DNA of 64,000 nucleotides from an uncultured Phycisphaerales bacterium (GCA_963758525.1 CAVWVQ010000001.1:288001-352000), one strand, 5' to 3'. Shown: positions 43,056 to 54,413, counted from the first letter of the stretch. Notes: generated from the letters alone by a model not told the origin. Made by a program: numbers and translations.

Positions 43056-44381
43056 ATGACCGCGCCGTCGAATCAATCCACAGGCGAGACAAATGCTCAA
43101 TCGCCGTGCCTATTCAGCTCGCTGAGTCCGCCGCCTCGATTCCTGGTCCCCTGCCTCACGCACGCATTGCCAGGTTTGGCCGCCGACGTCGTCCGCGTGC
43201 GTCCGCCCGGCACGCAGGTCCTGGCGGGCGAACCGCTGGTCGAGCCGCATCCGGCATTGCGCTACACACCGCTCGCCCCCGCGCAGGGGACGATCATCGG
43301 AATGCAGGCGGCGCCGATTCTCCGTGGGTATGAGGTTCCCGCCGTTTTACTCCAGACCGCGCCGCGACCGCTCCCGCTGGCGGAGGATCCGCCTGCCGGG
43401 GATGTCGTCGCGCGCATGCGCCAGGCGAGCTTTTCCGAATGGATCGACCGCCTGCGGAGCAGTGCCCTCTGGACGGCCCGCTGGGCCTGCCCGGATTTGA
43501 TCGAGCAGCTCCATCGCTGCCTGACGCGCCCGGTCGACACCGTTATCTGCAGCGTGATCGATCTCGATATGGCCCTTCCCGTCCAGGCGATGATCGCGTC
43601 GACCTGGGCCGACGATCTGGCTGCCGGAATGCACGCGCTGGCGAGCCTCACCGGGGCGGGACGCGCCTGGATTGTTGTGCCGGAGAGTCTTCCGCAAGGC
43701 TGCTACGCCCGCCTGGAAAAGGCCATTGAGGGGACCGACCTCAAGCTGATACCCATCCAAAACCGCTATCCGACCGCCCACCCTTCCCTGCTGTTGCAGG
43801 GTTTGACCGGGCGGCTGGTTCGCTTCGGAAATCTGCCGGTCGAGCAGGGCATCCTGTTGCTCGACGCCGCCGCCGCTCGCAGCGCCGGGCGCCTCTTCCT
43901 CCGCAACGCTCCGACGCTCGAGCTTCCGATGGGAATCTACGATCAGAGCACGCGCCGCGCGCACTACGTGTTGGCGCCGATCGGCACGCCGTTGGAGTAT
44001 CTGCTGGAGCGGGCGGGCGTCGCAACAACGTTCTGCGTTCTCTCCGCCGGCACCCCGCTGCATCAGCAGGTGCTCTCGCGCGATTGCGTCGTGGGCGGAG
44101 CGAGCATGACGATCTACGCTTCGCCGCCGATCCGCGAGCTGAATCCAGAGCCATGCATCCGCTGCGGCTGGTGCATCGAAGCGTGCCCGGTTCACATTCA
44201 ACCTGCCGCACTCCTCGAAGCCGCACAGACGCACGATGCGCACATGGCCGACGCATACGGGCTTCCCGCCTGCATCGAATGCGGCATCTGCACGTATGTG
44301 TGCCCGTCCTATCTGCCGCTGCTGCATGGAATCCGGACGCTGAGAGCGGGATCGCACGCAGAAGCCCAGAGCCTGGAGTAA
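43056..44381 (+). CDS. RnfC/RsxC-like 2x[4Fe-4S] protein, divergent
   Basis: CIRCGWCIEACP and CIECGICTYVCPS; APIGTPL; upstream of rnfD-like gene. Confidence 0.75.
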   Translation: MTAPSNQSTGETNAQSPCLFSSLSPPPRFLVPCLTHALPGLAADVVRVRPPGTQVLAGEPLVEPHPALRYTPLAPAQGTIIGMQAAPILRGYEVPAVLLQTAPRPLPLAEDPPAGDVVARMRQASFSEWIDRLRSSALWTARWACPDLIEQLHRCLTRPVDTVICSVIDLDMALPVQAMIASTWADDLAAGMHALASLTGAGRAWIVVPESLPQGCYARLEKAIEGTDLKLIPIQNRYPTAHPSLLLQGLTGRLVRFGNLPVEQGILLLDAAAARSAGRLFLRNAPTLELPMGIYDQSTRRAHYVLAPIGTPLEYLLERAGVATTFCVLSAGTPLHQQVLSRDCVVGGASMTIYASPPIRELNPEPCIRCGWCIEACPVHIQPAALLEAAQTHDAHMADAYGLPACIECGICTYVCPSYLPLLHGIRTLRAGSHAEAQSLE

Positions 44382-44456
44382 GAAAATGGGGAGCAAAGAG
44401 TTGCAACCGGCGTTTGCGTCCCCGCCTTTCACACCGCACAATTCGCGGCGATCCCG

Positions 44457-45641
44457 ATGAATCGCTCCTTTGCCCTCCGCCCTGCTTCCGTGACCCCGCT
44501 CTCACACAGCGGCATCACCGTAGCCGGTTTTTACTCAATGCATCTGCTCGGCATCGCGCTCCCGCTGACCGCCGGCGTGCTCCTCTACGGCTGGAGAGCC
44601 TTGATCGTGATCGGCGGCGTGCTCGCTTCGACGCTGGCCGCGGTAGCCGTCTGGCGTCGAATCGGAACGCGCGGACCCCAATTGCGGTACTCGCACGCGG
44701 CGTGGCTTGCCACGCTGCTCGCTCTCATGCTCCCGGCGCACTTGGCGACGAGCGTTCCTGACTCTCACGGCGAAGTCCCGTGGCTGATCCTTCCCGCTGC
44801 CGGAATGAGCCTTGCCATCATCATGTGGTTCATCGGCGGCCTGGGCGCGGGCAGGATTCATCCCACCCTGGTCACGTTTCTTCTGCTGGCCGCTTTGTTT
44901 GGCGACATGCTCGCCCCCCGCTACGTGCTGCGCCGCGATCACCTCTTCACCGGCGATCTGCTCAAAGCCGCCGCGCCCGATCAGCGAATCGACCACGGCG
45001 ATTCCTGGATCACCCGCAAACCCGCCGGCGATCAGGACGCCGAGAGGGTCGAACCCGCCGCCACCGCCCTGATTCAATACACCACGGGCCGCGAGAGACC
45101 CGCACGCGGATGGCTTCCCGTGCAGGGACTTCTCCGCGACAGCATGCCTCCGCTGGAGGATCTCATCATCGGCGGACACCCCGGCCCCATCGGCATCAGC
45201 AGCCGGGTCACCGTCATCGTCGGCGGGCTTTTCCTCCTCTACCGCGGGCTCATCGACATTCGCATTCCCCTGATCATCTGGCTCATCGAATTCGCCGCGC
45301 TGCTGATCCTCCCCATCCCCAGCGTGATCGCCAAACACCCGCAGTGGCACTGGCTCGCCCTGCGCGACCCCAACGTTGGCGTCGCCACCGCCATCACTCT
45401 CGCCAACTACGAGATCATGGTCTCCCCCGTCTTATTCATGGCCTTCTTCATCGCCACGTCCCCGTCGATCCGTCCCATGACACGCGACGCGCGCACAGTC
45501 TACGCCGCCATCATCGGCCTGCTCTGCGCGTGCTCGCAGCTCTATGTATCCGTCGACTTCGGCCCCTACGTCGCCCTGCTGATCGCCAGTCTGTTCACCC
45601 CCGCGCTCGATTGGCTGTTCCGTCCGCGCCCGCTGATCTAA
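44457..45641 (+). CDS. RnfD/RsxD-family membrane protein, divergent
   Basis: GGLG...IHP, GG.PGPIG..S, FMAFFIAT.P. Confidence 0.78.
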   Translation: MNRSFALRPASVTPLSHSGITVAGFYSMHLLGIALPLTAGVLLYGWRALIVIGGVLASTLAAVAVWRRIGTRGPQLRYSHAAWLATLLALMLPAHLATSVPDSHGEVPWLILPAAGMSLAIIMWFIGGLGAGRIHPTLVTFLLLAALFGDMLAPRYVLRRDHLFTGDLLKAAAPDQRIDHGDSWITRKPAGDQDAERVEPAATALIQYTTGRERPARGWLPVQGLLRDSMPPLEDLIIGGHPGPIGISSRVTVIVGGLFLLYRGLIDIRIPLIIWLIEFAALLILPIPSVIAKHPQWHWLALRDPNVGVATAITLANYEIMVSPVLFMAFFIATSPSIRPMTRDARTVYAAIIGLLCACSQLYVSVDFGPYVALLIASLFTPALDWLFRPRPLI

Positions 45642-45730
45642 AGAGAAAGCTGGAATCGTCAGCGTCCTGGAGTAGAATCGCGACGAGCGATGATGGAACA
45701 CGCCCCCGAGGCTTGCTCCTCACGCAGAAC

Positions 45731-45813
45731 GGCCTCTTGGCGGAATTGGCAGACGCGATGGATTCAAAATCCATTTCCCAAAAGGAGTATCGGTTCGACT
45801 CCGATAGAGGCCA
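45731..45813 (+). tRNA. tRNA-Leu(CAA)
   Basis: Cloverleaf with long variable arm; ATGGA-TTCAAAA-TCCAT. Confidence 0.93.
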
Positions 45814-45830
45814 GTTGACTCGGGATGTTG

Positions 45831-46617
45831 CTAAGCATTGGGCGTTGCCCATTGCTTCGTTTCTGGCATCTCTTTTCGGGGCAGTGCCGACGAATCAGAT
45901 GTTTCGGAAGGTGATTCTGCTGGTGAATTGAGCAGTGCGCTCCGCAGAAACTGCTCAATCTCACGCCAACAGTCAGCCGGACGGGCTTGAAGAAGCATAT
46001 GGGGTCCAGGGAGCCGACGGACGCGGGCATCAGGGCGGGCGGCCAGGATTGATTCAAGCGCCTGGCGGGGAATCAGGCGATCTTCGTTTCCGATGAGATA
46101 GAGCACCGGCATCTGGCAGCGGGCCAGCGTGTCGGAGCAATCGACGCGGAATGATTCGCGCAGGCGCAAGAAGAACCTTCGGTCGCGATTGGCGGAGCGA
46201 CTGGCGGACAGTGAGCAAGACCTCACGCGCCGCCTCCGACCCCATGAGATAGCGGCGCAGCGCGGCAAGCGAAATCGGCAGTCGAAAGAGAATCGGCGCC
46301 AGCAGCCGCTCATACCACGGGGGCAGCGGGAGGCGCACGAAGCTGGCGCACAGCACGACCGCGCGGACGCGCCGCGGATGCGCGGCCGCGAAACGAACGG
46401 CAAGCGGGCCGGAGAAGGATTCGGCGATCAGCACGAGCGATCGCTCGGCTTTCAGCTCCTCTTCGAGCCGCGTGAGCAGTTGATCGTACGGAAGATATTG
46501 CTCCGTTGGATATGAAATGGCCTGGCGCGGAAACTCAGCAGGCACTACTTTGAGAAATGCCTCGAAGAGATCGGCTGTACCGTGCAGGCCGGGGAGGAGG
46601 ATGAGCGTCGGGGGCAT
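45831..46617 (-). CDS. Alpha/beta hydrolase; frameshift near 46168
   Basis: LLPGLHGT, AESFSG, GPHMLLQ. Confidence 0.82.
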
Positions 46618-46743
46618 AAATTCGGCGAAGTGTAGCAGGGGCAAGACGGACTTGTGATCTCTGCGTGCTGGGGATGGGCCGCAGAACAATTGGATACGAC
46701 CGCTGGCGGGTGGAATCGAATCAACAAGCCAAAGTTCAGTCTG

Positions 46744-46801
46744 TTGTGGTGCAGACTTCCAGCCTGCCATCTGAGAAGCAGGTTGGAAGCCTGCACCACA
46801 A
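46744..46801. repeat. REP doublet (GTGGTGCAGRCTTCCAGCCTGC); second copy at 53051-53110
   Basis: Inverted pair seen twice in the window. Confidence 0.8.
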
Positions 46802-46894
46802 ATGTGCCATTGACGTTCAATTCAATCGCCGGGGACTGTTTGGGAGGCAAAAGCGGTTCGCACGGGTTGGAAACCCGTGGTACGTTGGCGGGGT

Positions 46895-47662
46895 ATGGAA
46901 ATTAATCTGTTGGTTTTGAATGTTGGGAACTCGCGCATTGCCTGCGGAACGTTCGTCGCGGGAGAATTGAGAGGAGTGACCCGGCACCGGATCGATGAAC
47001 GTGCTGCCTGGCAGAAAGCGATCGTTGACGCGTGGGCGAGCCTGGACGGACGCGATGCCGCCGTTGTCGCGGCCACGGTGAATCCGCCGTTGATCGAGGC
47101 GATTGAGCATGTCGTCGATCTGGCGATCGGACGCAACGTTGTATGGGTGGGAAAGAGCCTGGACCTGCCAATTCGAGTGTTGACGGACAAGCCTGCGGAG
47201 ACGGGAGTCGACCGCGTTCTCAATGTGGCAGCCGCTCACGAGCAAATCGAATCGGCATGCGTCGTGGTCGATGCCGGCAGCGCGGTGACGGTTGACTGCT
47301 GCAACGACGGCGGAGATTTCATTGGAGGCGCCATCCTGCCCGGCGCTGCGATGATGCTCGCGGCACTGCATGCACACACGGCAAAGCTTCCCGAAGTCAC
47401 GCTAGCGGTTCCGCAAGGCCCGGTCGGGAAAAACACCGAGCAGGCGATGCTTCATGGCGTATATCACGGAATACGCGGAGCGGTGAAAGAACTGGTCGAA
47501 ATCTACGCGACGGATCTGGGCCGCTGGCCGGAAGTCATCGCGACAGGCGGCGATGCGAAACTGCTGTTTGATGGATGGGAGCTGATTCACGCGATCGCGC
47601 CGGATCTCACGCTGTATGGCATCGCGCTGGCGTATACGAATCATCATTTGACGGATGAGTAG
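46895..47662 (+). CDS. coaX: Type III pantothenate kinase
   Basis: NVGNS, GVDR, VVDAGSAVT, GGAILPG, ATGGD. Confidence 0.92.
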   Translation: MEINLLVLNVGNSRIACGTFVAGELRGVTRHRIDERAAWQKAIVDAWASLDGRDAAVVAATVNPPLIEAIEHVVDLAIGRNVVWVGKSLDLPIRVLTDKPAETGVDRVLNVAAAHEQIESACVVVDAGSAVTVDCCNDGGDFIGGAILPGAAMMLAALHAHTAKLPEVTLAVPQGPVGKNTEQAMLHGVYHGIRGAVKELVEIYATDLGRWPEVIATGGDAKLLFDGWELIHAIAPDLTLYGIALAYTNHHLTDE

Positions 47663-47825
47663 GGCATCATGTGGGGAACCTCTTCCGTCTCACTTCTAGA
47701 GGATTCTAGAAAGAGCCTGCACCGCGATGAATTCGCAATCACCCTCACCCCAGCCCTCTCCCGGAGTACGATTCGACAACCCTCATCGCAGGCCGGGCGA
47801 GGGGGCCGGAAGCGCAACTGACGGA

Positions 47826-48866
47826 ATGGGCCAGAGAGCAACTGAAGCACGCGGCAACATCGTGTTGCCGCTGACGGGTGCAGGGATGGCGGCTGTCGCG
47901 GTCGTGCGAGTCAGCGGCGCGCTGTCGGCCGATTTTCTCCGAATCCACTTTTCCAAGCTTGCGCGGAGCGGACGCTGCGTTCACGGCGAGGTGCGCGACG
48001 AAGGTGCCGTGATCGATGACGCGGTGGTCGTCCTGTCGGAGGATCAGCAACAGGCTGATATCAATCTGCATGGGTCGTCGTGGACCGTTGCGCGGGTGAT
48101 CGAGCTGGCGAAGAAATTCGGTTTTCGCGCTGTCGACGATGCGGGCGAGCAGTTTCTGTTTGGCGCTGATGGGGACACGCCATTGGAACGGGAGGTGACG
48201 GCATGGCTGCCTCTGGCGCGGAGCGAGCTTGCGATGCGCATGCTGGCAGCTCAAGTTGACGCATGGAACACATTGCGTGAGACGATGCCCGAGCCGGAGC
48301 GATTGAAGGAAATCGGCGCCGACACGGCACTGTGGCGGATGCTGCATCCGCCTTGCCTGGCAATCGTGGGTCGGCCGAACGTTGGCAAATCGACTCTCGC
48401 AAATCGGCTATTCGGGCAGGAACGTTCGATCACCGCCCACCTGGCGGGGACCACGCGCGACTGGGTCGGCGACTACGCAAATATCGATGGGCTGCCGATC
48501 ATGCTGATCGATACGCCTGGGGTCCGGGAGACAGAGGATCGGATCGAAGCCGACGCGATCGACGCCTCGCGGGAGCAGATCGCCGGCGCCGATCTTGTGC
48601 TTTGGGTGGTGGATGCGGCGCAGGCCAATTTCGACGTTCCGCAATTCCCCAAAGCGATCCGGGTATTCAACAAATGTGATTTGAATGAAAACAACGCGAT
48701 CGGCGCGGCGGAGGGGTTGCGTGTTTCAGCAAAGACCGGCGCGGGAATCGATGGCCTGCGACAAGCGATCGTGGAGTTCTTCGGATGCGGGCAGATCGAC
48801 GTGAACGAGGCGCGATGGTGGACCCAGCGACAGAGAGAAGTGCTGGAGCGGGGATCGATTCCGTAA
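47826..48866 (+). CDS. MnmE/TrmE-like GTPase, shortened
   Basis: AVAVVRVSG, IDDAVV, GRPNVGKS, GTTRD, DTPG, NKCD, SAKTG. Confidence 0.8.
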   Translation: MGQRATEARGNIVLPLTGAGMAAVAVVRVSGALSADFLRIHFSKLARSGRCVHGEVRDEGAVIDDAVVVLSEDQQQADINLHGSSWTVARVIELAKKFGFRAVDDAGEQFLFGADGDTPLEREVTAWLPLARSELAMRMLAAQVDAWNTLRETMPEPERLKEIGADTALWRMLHPPCLAIVGRPNVGKSTLANRLFGQERSITAHLAGTTRDWVGDYANIDGLPIMLIDTPGVRETEDRIEADAIDASREQIAGADLVLWVVDAAQANFDVPQFPKAIRVFNKCDLNENNAIGAAEGLRVSAKTGAGIDGLRQAIVEFFGCGQIDVNEARWWTQRQREVLERGSIP

Positions 48867-48889
48867 GCAAGGCGTTTACACCTTCGGTC

Positions 48890-50963
48890 TCACAACCACC
48901 TAACGATATCGTGGTAGGTTACGAAGACGAAGACGCCGACCAGAAATGCGAGTCCGACATACTGCGCGATCGCCTGCGTGCGCGGCGACAGGGGCTTGCC
49001 TTGCAGCTTCTCCAGGATGAGGAAGGTGAACAGGCCGCCGTCCACGATCGGGATGGGGAGGAAGTTCACGACGGCCAGATTGGCGCTGATCATGGAAAGA
49101 AACCAGATCAGCCAATCGAACCCTTTGAACGCGAGCTTCTTGCCGGCGATGAAGATGCCGACGGGGCCCATCATGTTGGCGGGGCTGAGGTTTCCTTCGA
49201 ACATCCGCCGGAGCGTGAGATAAAACTGCAGGGTGAAATCGCGGGTTTCGGTGATGCCCCAACCAGCGGCCTGCCAGATGCTGTTGGCTTTGCGGATGGC
49301 ATTGCTCGGATCGGCCAGCGAAAGAAAGGTGACATAGCGCACCGCGTGAATGGCGGCTTCCTGAGCCGCGTCGATCACGATCTTGGTTTTCACATTCTCG
49401 CCGGAGGGGTTGATAAACTCGATCGGCACCGCAGTGTCTGGCGCGACATCCAGCAGGACCCGATGCACGTCGTACCAGGAGGAGACCTTGTGCCCGTCGA
49501 TTGAGGTGATCGTCGCCCCGCGCGGAATGGAAGCGCACCCGGCAGGAGTGTCCTTGAGCACCTGCGCGGCCACGGCGTGATTTTCGTCGTAGCCCAGCAC
49601 GATGCCCAGGCCGCGGCCCCCGCCCTCTAGTTTCATTCCTGTCTGCAGATCTTTCACATGAATGAGTTGATCGACGCCGTTGACCCGGCGAACGACGTCC
49701 ATCGACACCATTTGACGTTTGTCGCCGGCGTCTTTGAGGAAGCTGGTCAGCTCTTCGCGTGTCGGAGGAGCGGCCACAGCATCATTGTTGGCATAAAAAC
49801 CCGCCTGGATGACGTCGCCGGGGAGGAGCTTGCCGCGGGCAGGAGAATCCGGAAGCACGTTTTCGACCGCAGCGCGGGGAACCATGCCGATCAGGTGGAA
49901 CGAGCCAGCCGAAAACGGATCGGCAAAATGACCGTGAATCGTTTCCTGGCGGACAGCACCGTCGGCGGAAGTGACGGTCAGCACAATCGGCTTGCCGAAT
50001 GAGTTCTGGACGATCGAATCGAATTTTTCATAGTCATCCGGCGCGATCGGCCGCCCGTCCACCGCGGTGATGAGCTCGCCAGGCTTGACGGCAAGAGATT
50101 CGAGGAGCACGCGTTCACTGAGCTTTGGATCGTTCTCCACGACGGCGTCGGCGAGGCCGCGAAGATCGTGATAGGGTTCGATTCCCAGTGCCACGAACTC
50201 CTTCGGTTCGCCCTTGAATCGCTCGGGGGTGATTTCCAGATGAATATGCTTTCCGTCGCGAATCACGTCGATCGGGACGGTGACGTCCGGCTCCAACAGT
50301 GCTGCGTTGAGCCCGATCTTGGTGAAGTCGTACTGCTTTTTGCCGTCGAGCGTGTCGACGTAATCCCCAACTTGCAGCCCCGCGCTGCGCCGGGGAGTCG
50401 GGGAACAAGCCGCCCACCCTGGCCGGCGGAACGTGAAAGCCCATTCGGAAGACGATCATGAATCCGATGGCGGCAAGAATGATGTTCATGATCACGCCGG
50501 CCGAAACCACCGCCATGCGGGCGGGAATCGACTTGCGGTTGTAGGCGCGGGGATCGTCGGCCTGGGAGTTGGGATTCAGATCGTCCTGTCCGAGCATCTT
50601 CACGTAGCCGCCAAGAGGGATCCAATTCAGACGATATTCAGTGTCGCCCAACCCCAGAGCGGCCGCCGCCTGATCGATCTGCGCGTCGCTGAATCCATCG
50701 ACCGTTTCATGCAGTTGCAGCTCCGAGCTTTTCTGTGTTTCGAGATACGCTTCGGCGCGCTTGCGGTATTCGTTATTGGTGGTGCCGACACGGAAGCCGA
50801 TCCCCTTGCGCCAAGCGACAATGGCCTGGCCGAAACCGACGGCAAACTGTTCGACCTTGATCCCCACCCATTTGGCGGCGAGGAAATGGCCGAGCTCGTG
50901 GAAGAAAATGACAAAACCAAACCCCAGGATCAGCAGGGTGATCGTCAGCGCGTCGTTGGGCAT
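48890..50963 (-). CDS. rseP: RIP metalloprotease RseP; frameshift near 50383
   Basis: HELGH, IPLGGYVKM, PDZ domains, NFLPIPIVDGG; follows dxr. Confidence 0.9.
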
Positions 50964-50967
50964 GCGT

Positions 50968-52137
50968 TCAATTCCGAAGTTTCGACTCCGCCAGGAGTGC
51001 GGTCACATGTTGCCGGGCCCAGCGATCCGCCCCAAGGAGATCGTCCAAAGTCGGGTGCGTCTGGAGCCGATGTGCGTCAATTGTAAGCTCCACCGCCCGC
51101 GAAATCCCGCCGAACGAGATTTTCCCGCCGCAGAACGCCTCCACGGCGGCCTCTTTCGCGGCGTTCATCACGGCGCCCAGCGTTCCTCCCCTGGCGGCCA
51201 CGTCGTAGGCGATCCGCAGCGCGGGAAAACGATCGAAGTCGGGAGGCTCAAAATGGAGCTTGAAAGCCTGCTTCAGATCCAGCAGCGGAGTCGATCCGGC
51301 AAGCCGATGCGGATAGGTGAAAGCATACTGAATCGGCGTCCGCATATCGGGCGGCGAAAGCTGCGCCAGCACCGAACCATCCACGAACTCGACCATCGAA
51401 TGGACGATCGACTCGGGATGCACGACCACCTCGATCCGGTCCGGCGGTAGGTCGAACAGCCAGCAGGCTTCGATGATCTCCAATCCTTTGTTGAACATCG
51501 TGGCCGAGTCGATGGTGATCTTATCCCCCATGCGCCACGTCGGATGCCGCAGGGCGTCCTGAAGAGTGGCGTTCTGAATCTGCTCTCGCGTCGCGTTGCG
51601 GAATGGTCCGCCGCTGGCGGTGAGAATGACTCGCTGAATCTCATGTCCGCGTCCGCATTGCATTGCCTGGAAGACCGCGGAGTGTTCGGAATCCACCGGG
51701 AGAATCGTGATGCCCCGCCGTTTCGCTTCAGGAATCACCAGCGCTCCGGCGATGACCAGCGACTCCTTATTGGCCAGCGCCAACCGCTTGCCCGCGCCGA
51801 TCGCCGCGATCACCGCCGGCAACCCTGCCGCGCCGACCACGGCGGCCAGCACCGTATCGACGTCCGGCCGCTGCACGATCTGCGTCATGCCGTCGGCCCC
51901 GCGGTAAATCTCAACGCCCAGGTCGCGGATCTGCTGCAGCGTCGCCCGATCGCAATCGTCATCGGTGATCACGACCGCCGAAGGGCGATGACGCTGCACC
52001 TGCTTGAGCAGCTTGTCGGCGTTGCGATGAGCGCCCAGCGCGACAGCTTCGTACGGCCGACCGAGGTGTTCGATCACCTGCAGCGCGCTGCACCCGATGG
52101 ACCCCGTCGACCCGAGAATGGCGATGCGATGACTCAA
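50968..52137 (-). CDS. dxr: 1-deoxy-D-xylulose-5-phosphate reductoisomerase
   Basis: ILGSTGSIG, LANKES, PVDSEHSA, LTASGGPF, KITIDSATM. Confidence 0.96.
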   Translation of the reverse strand: MSHRIAILGSTGSIGCSALQVIEHLGRPYEAVALGAHRNADKLLKQVQRHRPSAVVITDDDCDRATLQQIRDLGVEIYRGADGMTQIVQRPDVDTVLAAVVGAAGLPAVIAAIGAGKRLALANKESLVIAGALVIPEAKRRGITILPVDSEHSAVFQAMQCGRGHEIQRVILTASGGPFRNATREQIQNATLQDALRHPTWRMGDKITIDSATMFNKGLEIIEACWLFDLPPDRIEVVVHPESIVHSMVEFVDGSVLAQLSPPDMRTPIQYAFTYPHRLAGSTPLLDLKQAFKLHFEPPDFDRFPALRIAYDVAARGGTLGAVMNAAKEAAVEAFCGGKISFGGISRAVELTIDAHRLQTHPTLDDLLGADRWARQHVTALLAESKLRN

Positions 52138-52219
52138 CCCGATAGAAGCTAAGCGCGGGCGGGGAAAAAGAAAAGCCGACGACTAGTGGTCAGGGTTCAG
52201 GGTTCGGGGAACCCACGTC

Positions 52220-52957
52220 TCACTTCGGCTTCTCGAAGATCATCACATGCTGCTGCGGCAGATCGTCGATCGTCTTCACATGCTTGAGTCCGACGGCGGA
52301 CATTTCCTTGATCGCCTGCGCTTCGGTCATCTTGTGATGCGGAAGAATCTGCACATTCGGATCCTCGGCCTTGTATTCCACATCGATCACCCGCCCGCCG
52401 GGTTTGAGGGAAGCCAGAATCGCCTCCATCATCTCGCGCGGATGATCGAATTCGTGATACGAGTCCACGAACAGAACCACATCCACGCCCGCCGCCGGCA
52501 GCTTCGGATCGGTCACCGTTCCCAACACCGGCTCGACATTTTCAATCCCTTTTTCCTTGCTCCGTTTGCGGAGGATTGCCAGCATCTGCGGCTGAATATC
52601 CTCGGCCAGCACTTTCCCCTTCGGGACCAATGGCGCGATGCGAAAACTGAAATACCCCGTGCCCGCCCCAATGTCCGCGACCACCTCGTCCCCCTTCAGC
52701 TCCATCGCCTCGGTCACCTTGTGCGGCTGCTCCTCCTGCTCCCGACCCGGTCGATCGAGCCACCAGGCGGCCAGATGACCCATGACGTTGGCGATCTCCC
52801 TCCCCATGTAGACTTTGCCGATGCCGTCCGGGCTCGGAGGACAATCGGTATAGAGCGGCTCGGTCGTCGGCGGCGCATCAGCGCGCGATGCACCGCTCCG
52901 GAAAGTCAGCACGATCGCGACGAGAACGAGAAAGAGCGTTTGACGACCGCGTGTCAT
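52220..52957 (-). CDS. Class I SAM-dependent methyltransferase
   Basis: VADIGAGTGYF, LKPGG. Confidence 0.88.
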   Translation of the reverse strand: MTRGRQTLFLVLVAIVLTFRSGASRADAPPTTEPLYTDCPPSPDGIGKVYMGREIANVMGHLAAWWLDRPGREQEEQPHKVTEAMELKGDEVVADIGAGTGYFSFRIAPLVPKGKVLAEDIQPQMLAILRKRSKEKGIENVEPVLGTVTDPKLPAAGVDVVLFVDSYHEFDHPREMMEAILASLKPGGRVIDVEYKAEDPNVQILPHHKMTEAQAIKEMSAVGLKHVKTIDDLPQQHVMIFEKPK

Positions 52958-53249
52958 GTTTGTCTCCGGCAAGAGGGTAACCGCTGCGTGAACGCTGACG
53001 AAGCACTACTCAGCATGGCCGCCTCCCCGGGGAAAATCGCATGCGCCCTTTGTGGTGCAGGCTTGCAGCCTGCCGGCGTTTTGGAAGCAGGCTGGAAGCC
53101 TGCACCGCAACGCAAGTCATGCCAATAAGTGGCACATGGGATTGTGCCCGGCCGCACCCCGTTTCTCTGCTGCCTGCGTTCCAGTTTTCCCAGCTACCCG
53201 GTACCATCCAGTGTCGATTCACCAAGGGGCGGTCATCCGGAGGCCGATC

Positions 53250-54092
53250 ATGAAACACGACATTTTCCATCGATGTTCCCGCAGGCCAATTTTGATTCGC
53301 ATGGCCTGCGCGCTTGCAGTCCTTTTCATTGCTGGTTTGGGGCGAAACGCGGGCGTCGCCCTGGCAGACGACGCCTCGGACGCGCAGCATGTTCAACAGA
53401 TGATGGAGGGCATGCATGGACAGCTTGCGGAACTGACGGAGTCGTTAGGCGGATTCTCCGACGAGCAGAAACAGAAACTGACTGCGCTCGAATCCTCAAT
53501 GGCCGACAAACTCAAGGCGAATCCGAAGATGGAGCCTCGCGACGTGCGCGATCAGGCGATGGCGGGCTTTCGGGAAATTCTCACGCCCGATCAGCAGAAG
53601 AAATTTGACAACATGCTGGCGGAAAGCGCCCGGATGATGGCCTCAATTGTGACCGGCTCGCATCTGAAATTGATCGGCGTGGCGCTGATGTCTTTTGCCA
53701 ACGATCATCAGGGGAAGCTTCCGGGAAATCTCGGCGCGCTGGCGGATCAGAAGCTTGATCCAAAGACATATCTCACCGGTGATTCCAAAACAACGGTACC
53801 CGCGGATTTCGACAAACTCGAGGCGGATCAAAAAGCCGAATGGATCGACGCGAAAACTGGATTCACGTTCATCGCCGGCGGAAAGGATTTGAGCAAGCTT
53901 GGCCCGGCTGTGATCGCCTACGTGAAGCCGCGCGCGGCCGCGGGCCCCAATAACTTTTTGCTCGCCGACGGCAGCGTCCTGGCGGAGGATGCCGTCACGT
54001 CGGAAAAGATCATCACGGAGTTGAAGGACGGCAAAAATCCCCCGCCGTCGCTGGACATGCGTCTGCCCGGCCCACCCGGCCTGGCGAGGTAA
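53250..54092 (+). CDS. Exported hypothetical protein (DUF1559/H-X9-DG-like C-terminus)
   Basis: GGAGG RBS, signal peptide, LK.IG.AL..FAND..GKLP, NFLLADGSV. Confidence 0.6.
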   Translation: MKHDIFHRCSRRPILIRMACALAVLFIAGLGRNAGVALADDASDAQHVQQMMEGMHGQLAELTESLGGFSDEQKQKLTALESSMADKLKANPKMEPRDVRDQAMAGFREILTPDQQKKFDNMLAESARMMASIVTGSHLKLIGVALMSFANDHQGKLPGNLGALADQKLDPKTYLTGDSKTTVPADFDKLEADQKAEWIDAKTGFTFIAGGKDLSKLGPAVIAYVKPRAAAGPNNFLLADGSVLAEDAVTSEKIITELKDGKNPPPSLDMRLPGPPGLAR

Positions 54093-54101
54093 CGCCCGTG
54101 C

Positions 54102-54413
54102 TTAAGTCTCGCCTTTGAGCCCCAACTCCGCCCGCAACTCGGCCTCGGCTTCCCGCCAGTTGTGATCGGAGTGGTTCGTGTATGTCTTTCGTTCCCAGAT
54201 CAAAAACGCGCGTTGTGCAATCATCTCATAGCTGATCGCGATCTGAGGCCCCGGCAACTGGACTGCCACGGCCACGGGCGCTGACGCCAGCCGTCGCGGA
54301 GCAACCGCGGCAGCTCTCTTCTTCGGCTTCGAAGAGTTCTTCGTTTTCTTTGCAGTACGTTCTTTGGGGAGAGTTTTCGGTTTCCTGGTGATCTTTTTCT
54401 TTTTCGCAGCCAT
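54102..54413 (-). CDS. DUF2934-like protein with Lys-rich N-terminus
   Basis: IAQRAFLIWE..NWREAEAEL. Confidence 0.75.
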   Translation of the reverse strand: MAAKKKKITRKPKTLPKERTAKKTKNSSKPKKRAAAVAPRRLASAPVAVAVQLPGPQIAISYEMIAQRAFLIWERKTYTNHSDHNWREAEAELRAELGLKGET

